A stretch of 64,000 nucleotides of DNA, taken from the NCBI GenBank assembly GCA_040755995.1, contig JBFMAF010000008.1, positions 160,001 through 224,000 of the forward strand, given 5' to 3'. A program made the translations under genes and the position numbers. Within the stretch, counting starts at the first letter, position 1; the number at the start of each line of letters is the position of its first letter. The notes under the pieces are model-generated. The model was not told the origin of the DNA, made no database searches, and saw only the letters and a program-made list of their open reading frames with translations. The DNA comes from Acidobacteriota bacterium. Lineage in GTDB: Bacteria; Acidobacteriota; CAIWXX01. Shown here piece after piece: positions 9,943 to 19,534 of this stretch.

Positions 9943-12393
9943 ATGAGAAAAGACAAGAAGCAATCAAGAAGCGTTCCGTGCACGTCCCGTGGACGTGGCG
10001 GAAGGCAGTTTGTAACCCAACTGGCGTGCGCTGCGTTGATCGCCATTACGTCCAGTGGTGCCGGCGCGACGCCGGCGGCGCCCGGCGGCGGGTCTACCGT
10101 TGATCCGCTGGATGTGGCGCGCGGACTGGTCGAGGCCAGGCAGTACAGCGATGCTCTGCCGATCCTCGATGAGCGTCTCGCAGGCGCACCGGACGATGCG
10201 CGCGCGCTGGCGCTGAGAGGCGCGGCGAATCGCGGGCTCGGGCGACTTGACTACGCGCGGAGCGACTACGATCGTCTCGTGAAATTGCACCCAACGGAGC
10301 CGGAACCATGGTTCTGGCTCGCGACGATCGACCGGTGGGCCGGCAGGGCTGAGGCCGCGGTGGCGGAGTATGGGCAGGCGATCGAGCTTCGTGCCTGCAA
10401 TCTCGACGCGCTCAAAGGCCGCGCGCTGGTGCACAGGCACGCGGGGAACACAACAGGCGCGATGGAGGACCTGCAGTCGGCGCTGCGCTGCAAGCCGGGA
10501 GACGCCGAGGCGTCCTCGTATCTCGCGGAGATACTCGGGCGCCTCCGCCGGGAGGATGAGGCGGAGCAGACGCTCCGAGCTGCGTTCCAGGGGGCGGAGC
10601 TCGAGAAGAAGCTCGGCGATCTCATGCTTTCATCCGGAAAGGCCGACAGCGCGGTGGATCACTACCGCAAGGCCGTGAACATGGCTCCGAACGACGTCTC
10701 CGCAATGCGCGGCCTGGCCGAAGCGCAGCGGCAGAACGGCGACTCGAGAGCGGCACTCGACGGCTACCGCGGGATTCTGCGGATCGATCCTCAGGACTCC
10801 GGCGCCCTCTACTGGGTCGGAGTCCTCGCCACGCGTCTCGGCTACAGGGACGAGGCCATGAGCGCATACAACGCCATGCTCGAGAAGAAGCCCGATGACG
10901 CGGGAGCGCTGGTGGGGAAGGCGCGCCTGTTCCGGTCGGACGGGCGCACCCTCGACGCGATGGCGATGGTGGACCAGGCGCTGGCGGTCTCGCCGGACAA
11001 CTCCGAGGCGCGCGTGCTCCGCGGCATGCTCCTCGTCTCCACCGGTAGAACCCTCGAGGCGCGCAACGAGTACCGCACCGTCCTCAGGACGCACCCGCTC
11101 GACAGAGACGCCATCACTGCAATGGATCGAATCGGCCCCGAGCGCGCTCTCAGGTTCAATGGGCGGGCTAATCGCAGCGACGTCATCGAGGGGCTGGACG
11201 AGGCGGGCCTGCAGTACGAAGGATATACCATCCAGCCATCGCGAATTCGCTATGACATCCAGGGCGGCGGCACCGGCGTCGAGTACGCCATGAAGGACGG
11301 GCTCGACTTCCTCGCGGACCTGTCGCTCACGCGTGAGGCCGTCAAGAACCTGGATTTCGATTCCACGATCTACGACTTCAACGTCCTCGCCGGCACGGCC
11401 GGATTCGATCACAAGTTCTCGCGAAACTGGAAGCTCTCATGGTACCTCGGCGGCAGCAGGTATGAGCCGAACCAGGCCGGCACGATAGATACCGAGAGCC
11501 ATTTCAAAGGCGGGGTCGAGGTGGAGACACAGTATACGCGCTCGCGATTCTCCGCGTCGCTCTCGCGTGGCTCGTTCATCCAGCGAGGATTTGCGAGCGA
11601 CTTCCAGTTCAGGATCTTCGACTACGAGCGGGCATCGGTGGCGCTGGATCGCACGCTCGCCCATGGCCTCTCGGGGTCGCTCTGGGCAGGCGTCTCCCAT
11701 TTCAGCGACGGAAACTCGCCGTTCTCCGCCGGGGCCTCGCTCGGCTGGTCGCGCGCCGAACGCTCGGCCACCTTGCGGTACCGGCACGATCCCTTTCCAG
11801 CCCGCTTCTTCGGCGACGACCTCAGCCTCGACTTCATCGATCTCGACGTGATCTCGCTCTCCGGGCGGACGCCGATCGCTTACGGGTTCACGCTTTATGC
11901 CGAGGGCCTGGTCGGCCGCTACGGAAAGACGCAGCGCACGATTTACGTCGACGTCGACAACGACGGCATCCTGAACAAGCTTGCCGGACCGTTCGAGAAC
12001 AACGTCGAGCGCGCAGTGCGCGCATCGCTCTCCTGGGCCCCGCCACAGGCGAAGTTCATGAGCTTCGGGACCCAATACGTCTCGGACGATTTCGACTTTA
12101 ACACCGGTCCCTACAACACGAACAGTACGCACGGTTGGTCGTTCTACGCCGAGCTGAACGGCGACATGCCTGGACGCCTGTCCTACTCGGCTCGATATGC
12201 CCGTGGGGTCCTGGGGGACGAGCGCGACAGCCACTACACCAGCAACGAGTATCTGGCCCGGCTCGACGCACGGCTCGGCAAGGTTGATCGTGAGCCCGGA
12301 CCTCTGCGCTTCTCGCTCGAGGGGATGTTCAAGGACAACGCGTTGGAAGAAGAGGGTTCCCGGTTCCTCGGATACCTGACGATCCCGTTCTAG
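9943..12393 (+). CDS. TPR protein with a C-terminal outer-membrane beta-barrel (PgaA/BcsC/YaiO-like architecture)
   Basis: Signal-like N-terminus, about 10 TPRs, alternating beta-strand C-terminal half ending in Phe (YLTIPF). Confidence 0.75.
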   Translation: MRKDKKQSRSVPCTSRGRGGRQFVTQLACAALIAITSSGAGATPAAPGGGSTVDPLDVARGLVEARQYSDALPILDERLAGAPDDARALALRGAANRGLGRLDYARSDYDRLVKLHPTEPEPWFWLATIDRWAGRAEAAVAEYGQAIELRACNLDALKGRALVHRHAGNTTGAMEDLQSALRCKPGDAEASSYLAEILGRLRREDEAEQTLRAAFQGAELEKKLGDLMLSSGKADSAVDHYRKAVNMAPNDVSAMRGLAEAQRQNGDSRAALDGYRGILRIDPQDSGALYWVGVLATRLGYRDEAMSAYNAMLEKKPDDAGALVGKARLFRSDGRTLDAMAMVDQALAVSPDNSEARVLRGMLLVSTGRTLEARNEYRTVLRTHPLDRDAITAMDRIGPERALRFNGRANRSDVIEGLDEAGLQYEGYTIQPSRIRYDIQGGGTGVEYAMKDGLDFLADLSLTREAVKNLDFDSTIYDFNVLAGTAGFDHKFSRNWKLSWYLGGSRYEPNQAGTIDTESHFKGGVEVETQYTRSRFSASLSRGSFIQRGFASDFQFRIFDYERASVALDRTLAHGLSGSLWAGVSHFSDGNSPFSAGASLGWSRAERSATLRYRHDPFPARFFGDDLSLDFIDLDVISLSGRTPIAYGFTLYAEGLVGRYGKTQRTIYVDVDNDGILNKLAGPFENNVERAVRASLSWAPPQAKFMSFGTQYVSDDFDFNTGPYNTNSTHGWSFYAELNGDMPGRLSYSARYARGVLGDERDSHYTSNEYLARLDARLGKVDREPGPLRFSLEGMFKDNALEEEGSRFLGYLTIPF

Positions 12394-12420
12394 CGAGTGG
12401 CGGCCTCACGCCGATGAGGC

Positions 12421-12458
12421 ATGCGAGGCTGCTTTGGCCGCGCCTCGCGTGGAGAGTG
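12421..12458. repeat. Dispersed hairpin repeat, copy 1
   Basis: 12434-12458 matches 40203-40227 at 23/25 nt; ATGCGAGGC..GCCTCGCGT stem. Confidence 0.6.
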
Positions 12459-12498
12459 ACCACCGTAGGAAATCTGCTGACGCAGGAGGGTTTGGAAA

Positions 12499-12900
12499 AT
12501 GAAAAACGGGAATGGTTCTCAGAAGAACTGCATAGTGATTGCCGAAGATGACGATCTGACGGGGGAGCTGATCGAGGCCGTCGCGGCCAGGCCTGGCCGC
12601 CAGGTGCTCAGGGCAAACGATGGCGAGGCCGCGTTGAGGCTGATCCGGGAGCACCAGCCGCAGCTGGTGGTGCTGGACCTGTTCATTCCGATAAGGGGCG
12701 GCATGGAGGTCCTCCGGTTGGCTCGGAAGGAGGGAGACCCGAAACGGCCGCGTGTACTGGTGCTTAGTGCGCAGGGTCAATTGGGTACTGAGGAGGAAGC
12801 GCGACGGTCAGGTGCCGATGACTTTCTCGCGAAGCCCTTCATCCCCGGCGAGCTCGCGGCACGCATCGACCGGCTGCTGGGAAAGGAGGCCGTGCAATGA
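12499..12900 (+). CDS. Single-domain response regulator (receiver)
   Basis: AEDD, VVLDL (phospho-Asp), LSA, KPF. Confidence 0.92.
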   Translation: MKNGNGSQKNCIVIAEDDDLTGELIEAVAARPGRQVLRANDGEAALRLIREHQPQLVVLDLFIPIRGGMEVLRLARKEGDPKRPRVLVLSAQGQLGTEEEARRSGADDFLAKPFIPGELAARIDRLLGKEAVQ

Positions 12901-14090
12901 TCGGCGGGTATCTGTCCCAGACGTTCGGGTACACGCTGTTCATGATCCTGGCAGCGGTCGTACTGACTCTCGGTGCGGTTGTTACCGTAGTCTGCTTCGC
13001 TCTGCTCGCGCATCACATGCTCAGCAGCCGCCGGCGTCAATACCGTGCCGCGCTCGTCGCGCGCGCGATCAAGCTGCTCGCACCTGTAGTGGCAACGGGT
13101 GGGGATCTGGACCTGGCGGTTGCCGACGCGAGGCGGAGAGTGGGCGACCGCGCGGTCGCCGAGGTGCTGCGCCGGGCGCGCCTGGAGCTCAAGGGGGCGG
13201 TTGCCTCCCAGCTCTCCCGCCTGCTCTCCGAGATGGGGGAGACCAGCCGGCTGGCACAGGAAGCGAGATCGCGGCGGACCTGGAAGCGCACGGCGGCGAT
13301 ACGCGGCCTGGGCGAGTGCGGCGGGGATCAGGCCTGCAACTACCTCATAACCGCGGCGCAGGACCCGCAGCCTGCTGTGCGCAGGGCAGCGCGTGACGCG
13401 CTGCTCTCGGACCGCCGTGAGGAATCTGTGCGTGCGGCCGTCATCAGCTTCCTCGACGACGTGCCGAAGCGCTCGGGTTGGCGTCGCGAGTTCTATTCCC
13501 GGCTGGCCTCGGTGGCCTCCGGCGCACTGCTCGACCTCACCACGTCCGGCAAGTTGGAGCCGCGCGAGGAGAAGCTCGCGCTCGAGGCGCTCGGAGACGT
13601 GCGTGAGCGCCGGGCGATCCCTCACGCCCGGGCAAGGCTGAGCGCCGAGGATGCCGAGCTCCGCGCCACCGCTGTCCGGGTGCTCGGGAAGCTGGGCGAT
13701 ATCGAGAGCGAGCAGTCGATGGTTCGCCTCCTTGACGACCCCGAGTCATTCGTGCGATCCACGGCGGCGCGCGCCATCGAGGCTATTCCGGCGCAGGCCT
13801 CCACGCTCGACGCCCTCGGCAAGAGGCTCACGGACCCCGTCTGGTGGGTGCGGGCCAACGCCGCTCATACGCTCGCGCACAAGGGCGAGGACGGGGCGCA
13901 GATCCTGGTGGAGATCATGGAAGGATCCGATCGCTACGCACAACAGATCTCGATTTCGGCGTTGACCCACGTCAACTTCAGCAGGGCGATTCAAGAGCGT
14001 CTCGAGCAGCTGCTGCCCCGTTTCTCAAGCGACCCCGAGACGGGGGCTATGCTGGCGCTCTTGCGGACGGCCCAAGGAGCAGCACAATGA
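12897..14090 (+). CDS. Membrane-anchored HEAT-repeat protein
   Basis: N-terminal TM; repeats VRRAARDAL, LRATAVRVLG, FVRSTAARAI, WWVRANAAHTL. Confidence 0.88.
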   Translation: MIGGYLSQTFGYTLFMILAAVVLTLGAVVTVVCFALLAHHMLSSRRRQYRAALVARAIKLLAPVVATGGDLDLAVADARRRVGDRAVAEVLRRARLELKGAVASQLSRLLSEMGETSRLAQEARSRRTWKRTAAIRGLGECGGDQACNYLITAAQDPQPAVRRAARDALLSDRREESVRAAVISFLDDVPKRSGWRREFYSRLASVASGALLDLTTSGKLEPREEKLALEALGDVRERRAIPHARARLSAEDAELRATAVRVLGKLGDIESEQSMVRLLDDPESFVRSTAARAIEAIPAQASTLDALGKRLTDPVWWVRANAAHTLAHKGEDGAQILVEIMEGSDRYAQQISISALTHVNFSRAIQERLEQLLPRFSSDPETGAMLALLRTAQGAAQ

Positions 14091-15520
14091 TTTTCGAAAA
14101 CGTGCTCGATATCGGCCAGTTGGTGATCCTCATCTACTTCCTGGCCCTCAACAGCGCCTACCTGTCATTCACGGTGATCGCCTTCTTCGATCTGGTGAAG
14201 TACAGGAGGAAGCTCTATCGCGGCGATCTCCGAGTCGTGCTGACAGAGAACGCGTACAGGCCCATCTCGATTCTGGTGCCGGCTCACAACGAGAGAGAAA
14301 CCATCGTCTCCAACGTTCGCTCACTCCTCGCGCTTGGGTACCCCGAATTCGAGATCATCGTGATCAACGACGGCTCGACCGACGACACAGTGGATGTTCT
14401 GCGGCAGGCATTCGGCCTGTTTCTGGTGCCGGCGGCCACGCGGGTCGCCATCAAGTCGAAGCCGTTCAAGGCCGTCTACCGGTCTCTCGACCACCCCAGC
14501 CTGGTCGTCGTGGACAAAGAGAACGGAGGCAAGAGCGACGCTCTGAACGCCGGGTTGAACGTGGCGAGCTACCCGCTGTACTGCTCGATCGACGCCGATT
14601 CGCTGCTGGAATCGGATGCGGTGCTGCGAGTGGCGAGGGCGTTCGCGGAAGACGAGCGGATCGTGGCCGCGGGCGGCATCGTCCGCGTGCTCAACGGTTC
14701 GGTGGTGTCGGAGGGGCGGGTGGTTGAGGCGCAGTCGCCTGGCCGCCCGATGCTGCTCGCGCAGGCCCTCGAGTACATCCGCGGATTCCTCACCGGGCGT
14801 ACGGCGCTGGCGAGGCTCAATTCATTGATGATCATCTCCGGCGCATTCGGCATCTTCCGCAAGGACGCGGTGATCGCGGCCGGTGGCTATCGCCGTGACA
14901 CGGTGTGCGAGGACATGGAGCTCATCGTGAGGCTCCATCGGCGCTCGCGCGAGCGCAAGGAGCCCGGCAAGGTCATCTTCGTCCCCGACCCGATCTGTTG
15001 GACGCAGATCCCCTCGGATTGGCGATCTTTGCTCCGCCAGCGCGACAGGTGGCAGCGAGGCCTTCTGGAATCGCTCTGGATGCATCGCCGCATGTTCCTG
15101 AATCCACGCTACGGCTCAGCGGGGCTCATCGCGATGCCGTACTACACGCTCTTCGAAGCGATTGGACCGCTGGTCGAGGCATTCGGGTACCTGTTCATCG
15201 TGGCGCTGTGGCTTCTGGGGCGTCTCGAAACGGAGTTCGCGGTGCTCTTCTTTCTCTTCGCGATCCTCTACGATATCGTGCTGACCGTCGGTGCGCTGAT
15301 ACTGGACGACCTGCTCTTCAGGCGATATAGCAGAACCTTCGATCTCGCGCGGATGATAGCCGGGTCGTTCATGGCGTACCTGGGGTATCGCCAGATACTG
15401 GCGTTCCAGCGCAGCCTCTCGTTCGTCACCGTGTTCATCAAGCGGCGGAAGTGGGAGAAGGTCAAGCGTCAGGCCATTTCGCCTGCGCCGGTGCGGATGC
15501 AGGAAGCAGGAGGGCGCTGA
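14087..15520 (+). CDS. Processive GT2 polysaccharide synthase (PgaC/IcaA-like)
   Basis: NDGSTD, GGKSDALN, DADS, EDME and QRDRW (QxxRW); N- and C-terminal TMs; ATGA overlap with HEAT gene. Confidence 0.92.
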   Translation: MIFENVLDIGQLVILIYFLALNSAYLSFTVIAFFDLVKYRRKLYRGDLRVVLTENAYRPISILVPAHNERETIVSNVRSLLALGYPEFEIIVINDGSTDDTVDVLRQAFGLFLVPAATRVAIKSKPFKAVYRSLDHPSLVVVDKENGGKSDALNAGLNVASYPLYCSIDADSLLESDAVLRVARAFAEDERIVAAGGIVRVLNGSVVSEGRVVEAQSPGRPMLLAQALEYIRGFLTGRTALARLNSLMIISGAFGIFRKDAVIAAGGYRRDTVCEDMELIVRLHRRSRERKEPGKVIFVPDPICWTQIPSDWRSLLRQRDRWQRGLLESLWMHRRMFLNPRYGSAGLIAMPYYTLFEAIGPLVEAFGYLFIVALWLLGRLETEFAVLFFLFAILYDIVLTVGALILDDLLFRRYSRTFDLARMIAGSFMAYLGYRQILAFQRSLSFVTVFIKRRKWEKVKRQAISPAPVRMQEAGGR

Positions 15521-15521
15521 G

Positions 15522-16721
15522 ATGAGATCACTACGCTGGTCCTGGCCGATCTGGGCTGTGGCGATGTTGGTCGCGGTGCCGTGGATTGTCTACGTGCTGA
15601 GAGCGGAGCAGCCGCTCAAGGTCGTCGTACTGGACAAGACGGTGCCATACGAGACCCGCAAGGAACACCGGTCGCTCTTCTGGCTGCTTGGTCACCTCAA
15701 AGTGGTGCAACCGGATGGGGCGCCGTATGATCCGAGCAAAGACTACGTCGGGGCATTCCCCGGCGCGGAGCCCGGCGACCCGCCGGCCCGCACGGTGGAT
15801 CTCACTACCGAGGTGGCGATGCAGGCCGATTTGATCTACCTCGCCGACACATACGGTGTGTACACCGGGGATCTCGCGTCGAAGGCATCGATGAAGGAAG
15901 CGCTCGAGAGGAGCCGGCGGATATACGGAGGCTTGACTGTGCAGGAGGCTAATGCGGTGGTCGCGGCGGCCGAGTCAGGCAAGACCGTCGTGGCCGAGTT
16001 CAACACGTTGGGCAGCCCCACGAGCCCCGAGGCGCGAGAGACTCTGGAGAGCCTGCTCGGCATCCGCTGGACGCGGTGGATCGGGAGGTTCTTCCCGAGG
16101 CTCGAGGACGAGAGCGAGGTGCCGGAGTGGATGAGGAAGAACTACGAGCGCGAGTGGAGGCAGAATTGGGACTTCACCGGCCCCGGCTACGTGCTGCTTC
16201 AGGACGACGTGCATTGCGAGGTTCTGCGCGTAGGGCAGGAGGCCGAGCAGTTGGGACTCCGGATTGAGAAGGAGAACAAAGCCGAACCGCTGCTTCGAGG
16301 GGCGCGCGAGGCCACCGTGTATCCGTACTGGTTCGACATCGTCGTCACGCAGCCCGGCACGCAGACTCTAGCGCGCTTCGAGTGGAACCTGACGCCGGCA
16401 GGCTACGAGCGCCTGAGGGCACGCGGCTTGCCGACTTCCTTCCCGGCGGTTACCTATCGCCAGGCTGCCAACCAGGGCAAGACCTTCTACTTCGCAGGCG
16501 ACTTCGCCGATAACCCGATGCGCTCGCGCGCGGTCCCCCTGGCCGGCTACATGACCTTTCGCCGTTGGATGGAGAGCGGCTTCCTGGCGACGAGCAGGCA
16601 AGCGTTCTACTGGCGCTTCTACGCGCCGATGGTAGCGAACATCCTGAACAGCGCGGCCGACGAGCGCGCAACCGCAGTGGCCCTGGGCCGCCTGAACGCG
16701 CATGAGCCCGTCGGCCCGTAA
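15522..16721 (+). CDS. Membrane-anchored/exported hypothetical protein, last gene of the GT2 operon
   Basis: N-terminal TM; starts 1 nt after the GT2 stop; globular sequence (LDKTVP, YLADTYGVY, FYFAGDFAD). Confidence 0.8.
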   Translation: MRSLRWSWPIWAVAMLVAVPWIVYVLRAEQPLKVVVLDKTVPYETRKEHRSLFWLLGHLKVVQPDGAPYDPSKDYVGAFPGAEPGDPPARTVDLTTEVAMQADLIYLADTYGVYTGDLASKASMKEALERSRRIYGGLTVQEANAVVAAAESGKTVVAEFNTLGSPTSPEARETLESLLGIRWTRWIGRFFPRLEDESEVPEWMRKNYEREWRQNWDFTGPGYVLLQDDVHCEVLRVGQEAEQLGLRIEKENKAEPLLRGAREATVYPYWFDIVVTQPGTQTLARFEWNLTPAGYERLRARGLPTSFPAVTYRQAANQGKTFYFAGDFADNPMRSRAVPLAGYMTFRRWMESGFLATSRQAFYWRFYAPMVANILNSAADERATAVALGRLNAHEPVGP

Positions 16722-16919
16722 GGTGCAGCGACGAGCACGACGGATCGATAGGAGGTAAAGCACGCCTCATCCCGGCCGCGAGGGATGCGGGGTACTACGC
16801 CCCGTCGCGTTTGCTGATTACGCCGGAGTGGTGTCTTCAGACATCCCTGTAGCCGAGCGTGTCGCGTAGCAATGCCACGGCCCGGGCCGGCGTCATCCGT
16901 TCCTTCTCGCCCGGGGCGC

Positions 16920-18005
16920 TCACGACTTGCTTCCGCTCTCCAACAATCGCTGGCGCGCGATCGCCAGGGACTCGTGCAGCTTCTTCCGCAGCACATCGCG
17001 GGGCGGCAACTCGGTCAGGTACTCCGCCACATGGATGCCGGCCCGGCCGAGGTCGAGGTACTCCACTGTCTCACGCTTCTTGCCGGCACAGAGAATGATC
17101 GCAAGAGGGGCATCCTCACCTGGCTGGCGCTCGTTGCGGTCCAGCCAACGCAGGTACAGCTCCACCTGCCCCTTGTCTGCGGGCTTGAAGTCACCCAGCT
17201 TCAACTCCACCACGATCAGGCGTTTCAGGCGGCGGTGGAAGAAGAGCAGATCCATGTAGTAGTCATCGCCGTCGAGCGTGATGCGCTTCTGTCGCTCGAC
17301 GAAAGAAAATCCGGTGCCCAGTTCCAGCAGGAAGCGCTCGATCTCGCGGAGCAGCGCAGACTCCAGGTCCTTCTCGCTGTATGTGTCTTTGAGGCCAAGG
17401 AAATCGAGCAGGTATGGGTCCTGGAAGACGAGGTCTGGGGTGAGCTTGTCGTCGGTGCGCAGGTGGTCCAACTCTTTGCGAATGAGTTGGGCCGGTTTCT
17501 TGGATAGAGCGGTGCGCTCATAGAGCATCCCATCGATCTTCTGCCGCAACGTGCGTACGCTCCATCGCTCGATGCGACACATCTCGGCATAGAAGTCGCG
17601 CTGGAGGCCATCTTTGAGCGGGATGAGGGCGACGAAGTGGGTCCAGCTCAATTGTCGCATCAGTGATACGACAATCTCCTTCTCGCTGAAGACTTCCGCG
17701 AACTGAACCATCCGGCGCAGGTTCTTCTCCTCGAACCCACGTCCGAATTCCGGGAGCAATCTTGCAGACAGTGCCTGCAAAACCTCTTTCCCGTACTCGG
17801 CGCGCTTCTCCTTGAGTACATCCTTTCGAATCCGCGCGCCGATCTGCCAGTAGAGCATAGTCAGTCCGGCATTCACGGCATGTGCCACGTGCTGTCGTGC
17901 GGCCTCGATCATCTGCCGGATTTCTGTCGCGAGCGCGTCGGGCTGGGTCACAACGGCGGACAAGCCGGACTTCTTCAACACCGGCTTCTTTGATGGAGCG
18001 ATCAT
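16920..18005 (-). CDS. yhcG: DUF1016 / YhcG-like PD-(D/E)XK nuclease-domain protein
   Basis: LYWQIG, LSWTHF, FQDPYLLDFLGL, ELGTGFSFVERQKR, MDLLFFHR..VELK. Confidence 0.92.
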   Translation of the reverse strand: MIAPSKKPVLKKSGLSAVVTQPDALATEIRQMIEAARQHVAHAVNAGLTMLYWQIGARIRKDVLKEKRAEYGKEVLQALSARLLPEFGRGFEEKNLRRMVQFAEVFSEKEIVVSLMRQLSWTHFVALIPLKDGLQRDFYAEMCRIERWSVRTLRQKIDGMLYERTALSKKPAQLIRKELDHLRTDDKLTPDLVFQDPYLLDFLGLKDTYSEKDLESALLREIERFLLELGTGFSFVERQKRITLDGDDYYMDLLFFHRRLKRLIVVELKLGDFKPADKGQVELYLRWLDRNERQPGEDAPLAIILCAGKKRETVEYLDLGRAGIHVAEYLTELPPRDVLRKKLHESLAIARQRLLESGSKS

Positions 18006-18091
18006 ATCAGCCGCGTTCTTCCGGTGGGCAGCTCCTGCATCAAGCCCAGCTTGAGCGCGCGAGTCTTGGCCACCCGCGCTTCGAGCGCCGC
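18002..18091 (-). pseudogene. hsdS: C-terminal remnant of a type I RM specificity subunit
   Basis: Minus strand reads AALEARVAKTRALKLGLMQELPTGRTRLI*, like HsdS C-termini; stop overlaps the yhcG ATG; no upstream HsdS body. Confidence 0.7.
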
Positions 18092-18267
18092 GGTGCCGAA
18101 TCGCGCCTGCCGATAGCCGGCTCCTGGCGATCTTGCTGCAGGAAGGCGGCCGAGAGCCTTGTCATGGGTCGAAAATACTCTGTCTGGTAGTGCCAGTCAA
18201 CTGATCCTGTCAGGCTTCTTCAGCGTCCCCGCGCTCGCTCTGGACGGCCCTGGTGAGTTCAATGCAC

Positions 18268-18451
18268 GCATCGATGAGCGAGGCGCCGGAGAGGAGCCGG
18301 TGGATCTACGGAGGGGCTACATGAGGCTGCGCCGGTGGCTCGAGAGGGGTTTCCTCGCGGCGAACGCGCAACCGCCGTGGCCCTGGGCCGCGTGGACACG
18401 CACCAGGCTGCTGGCTCGGAACGGGCACCGACGAGCACGACGGATCGATAG
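18268..18451 (+). pseudogene. Deletion-riddled duplicate of the 15522-16721 gene and its 3' flank
   Basis: Three collinear blocks resemble 15885-15931, 16545-16590 and 16661-16751. Confidence 0.75.
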
Positions 18452-18554
18452 CACCACGGCCCTCTTCCGCCGCGCTCAGGCCGATCGGCTGGCTGGGCGG
18501 CTGTGGAGGGGAGGGTGGCCTGGCGCAGAGCGCTTCCCGGATGCTCTGGATGTC

Positions 18555-18616
18555 GCCGTCGAACGTCGCGCCTCAGCCGACCCACTGTTCGGTGTCAGCT
18601 GGAGGCGTTGCATGGC
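18555..18616 (+). repeat. Degenerate attC-like palindrome
   Basis: GAAC..GCCTCAGCCGAC..GTCAGCTGGAGGC stem with one unpaired base; the right-hand GTT core is degenerate. Confidence 0.4.
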
Positions 18617-18687
18617 TGACCATCTCTCCTAGTGGCGCCGCGCAGCTTCAGCCCTCCGGCCAAGTAGATCAAACGTTGCTATTCCGT

Positions 18688-18716
18688 TTGACGTACTACC
18701 CGACGCATGCTATCCT
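18688..18716 (+). promoter_or_regulatory. sigma70 promoter of higBA, probably leaderless
   Basis: TTGACG, 17 nt, TGn-TATCCT; 7 nt lie between the -10 box and ATG 18724; no SD. Confidence 0.7.
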
Positions 18717-18723
18717 CTACGGG

Positions 18724-19002
18724 ATGATTCGTTCTTTCCGTGATCCCGAGGCTGAGGCGCTGTTCAATGACTGGGACGTGGCTCGATTTCGAGCGATTCA
18801 GCGGGTCGCACGGCGCAGGCTCCTGTATTTGCACCAGGCGAGGCGGCTTGATGATCTCCGAGTTCCACCGGGAAACAGGCTCGAAGCTCTCAAGGGTGAT
18901 CGGAAGGGACAGCACAGTATCCGTATCAACGAGCAATGGCGGATCTGCTTTCGCTGGAAAGATGGAGATGCTCTTGAGGTCGAGATCGTTGACTATCACT
19001 GA
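18724..19002 (+). CDS. higB: HigB toxin (RelE/ParE family)
   Basis: MIRSFRD..PPGNRLEALKGDRKGQHSIRINEQWRICFRW..VEIVDYH. Confidence 0.95.
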   Translation: MIRSFRDPEAEALFNDWDVARFRAIQRVARRRLLYLHQARRLDDLRVPPGNRLEALKGDRKGQHSIRINEQWRICFRWKDGDALEVEIVDYH

Positions 19003-19010
19003 GGTGTACT

Positions 19011-19316
19011 ATGCCGACTAAGCACAAGCTGCTCGATCCCATTCACCCGGGCGAGATTCTGCTCGAAGAGTTTCTGAGGCCCATGGGTATCAGCATCAAT
19101 AGGCTCGCCCGTGAGATCGCTGTCCCACCAGGGCGCGTGAGCGCTATTGTCAACGGGAAGAGGGCAATCACGGCTGATACGGCATTGCGTCTCGGCAGGT
19201 TCTTCGGTATGTCGCCAGAGACCTGGATGGGGCTCCAGGCCGATTACGATCTGCGCATCACGAAACGCGACATCAGCGGGGTGCTCGAGAAATACGTTCA
19301 TCCTCATGCGGCCTGA
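19011..19316 (+). CDS. higA: HigA antitoxin (HTH)
   Basis: PIHPGEILLEEFL..ITADTALRLGRFFG..WMGLQADYDL; directly follows higB. Confidence 0.95.
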   Translation: MPTKHKLLDPIHPGEILLEEFLRPMGISINRLAREIAVPPGRVSAIVNGKRAITADTALRLGRFFGMSPETWMGLQADYDLRITKRDISGVLEKYVHPHAA

Positions 19317-19466
19317 CCGTTGTGCCCGCAGGCCCGGATGACCTGTGCTTTGCCCACTTCGGCTATCGAAGTAGTCATCGCCTCCGTAGAGCTGGCGGCC
19401 ACAAGTTGAGTGGGGTTGGCCATTGTCGAGGGCGAGCCCGCCGTCCGTGAGGCATCGGTGAATTGC

Positions 19467-19534
19467 TCATGGCTTCGTTCCGCGCTCCAACAACCGCTGG
19501 AGCGCGGTCGCCAGGGACTCGTGCAGCTTCTTCC
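19467..19534 (-). pseudogene. Duplicated 3' end of the yhcG-like gene
   Basis: Closely matches 16920-16987, including identical TCGCCAGGGACTCGTGCAGCTTCTTCC. Confidence 0.75.

Noticed and set aside
16830..16852. Possible IS terminal repeat (TTCAGACATCCCTGTAG)
   Set aside because: No matching second end, target duplication or transposase found.
18159..18632. 157-aa ORF
   Set aside because: Runs across the patchwork duplicate and attC-like site; not a coherent gene.
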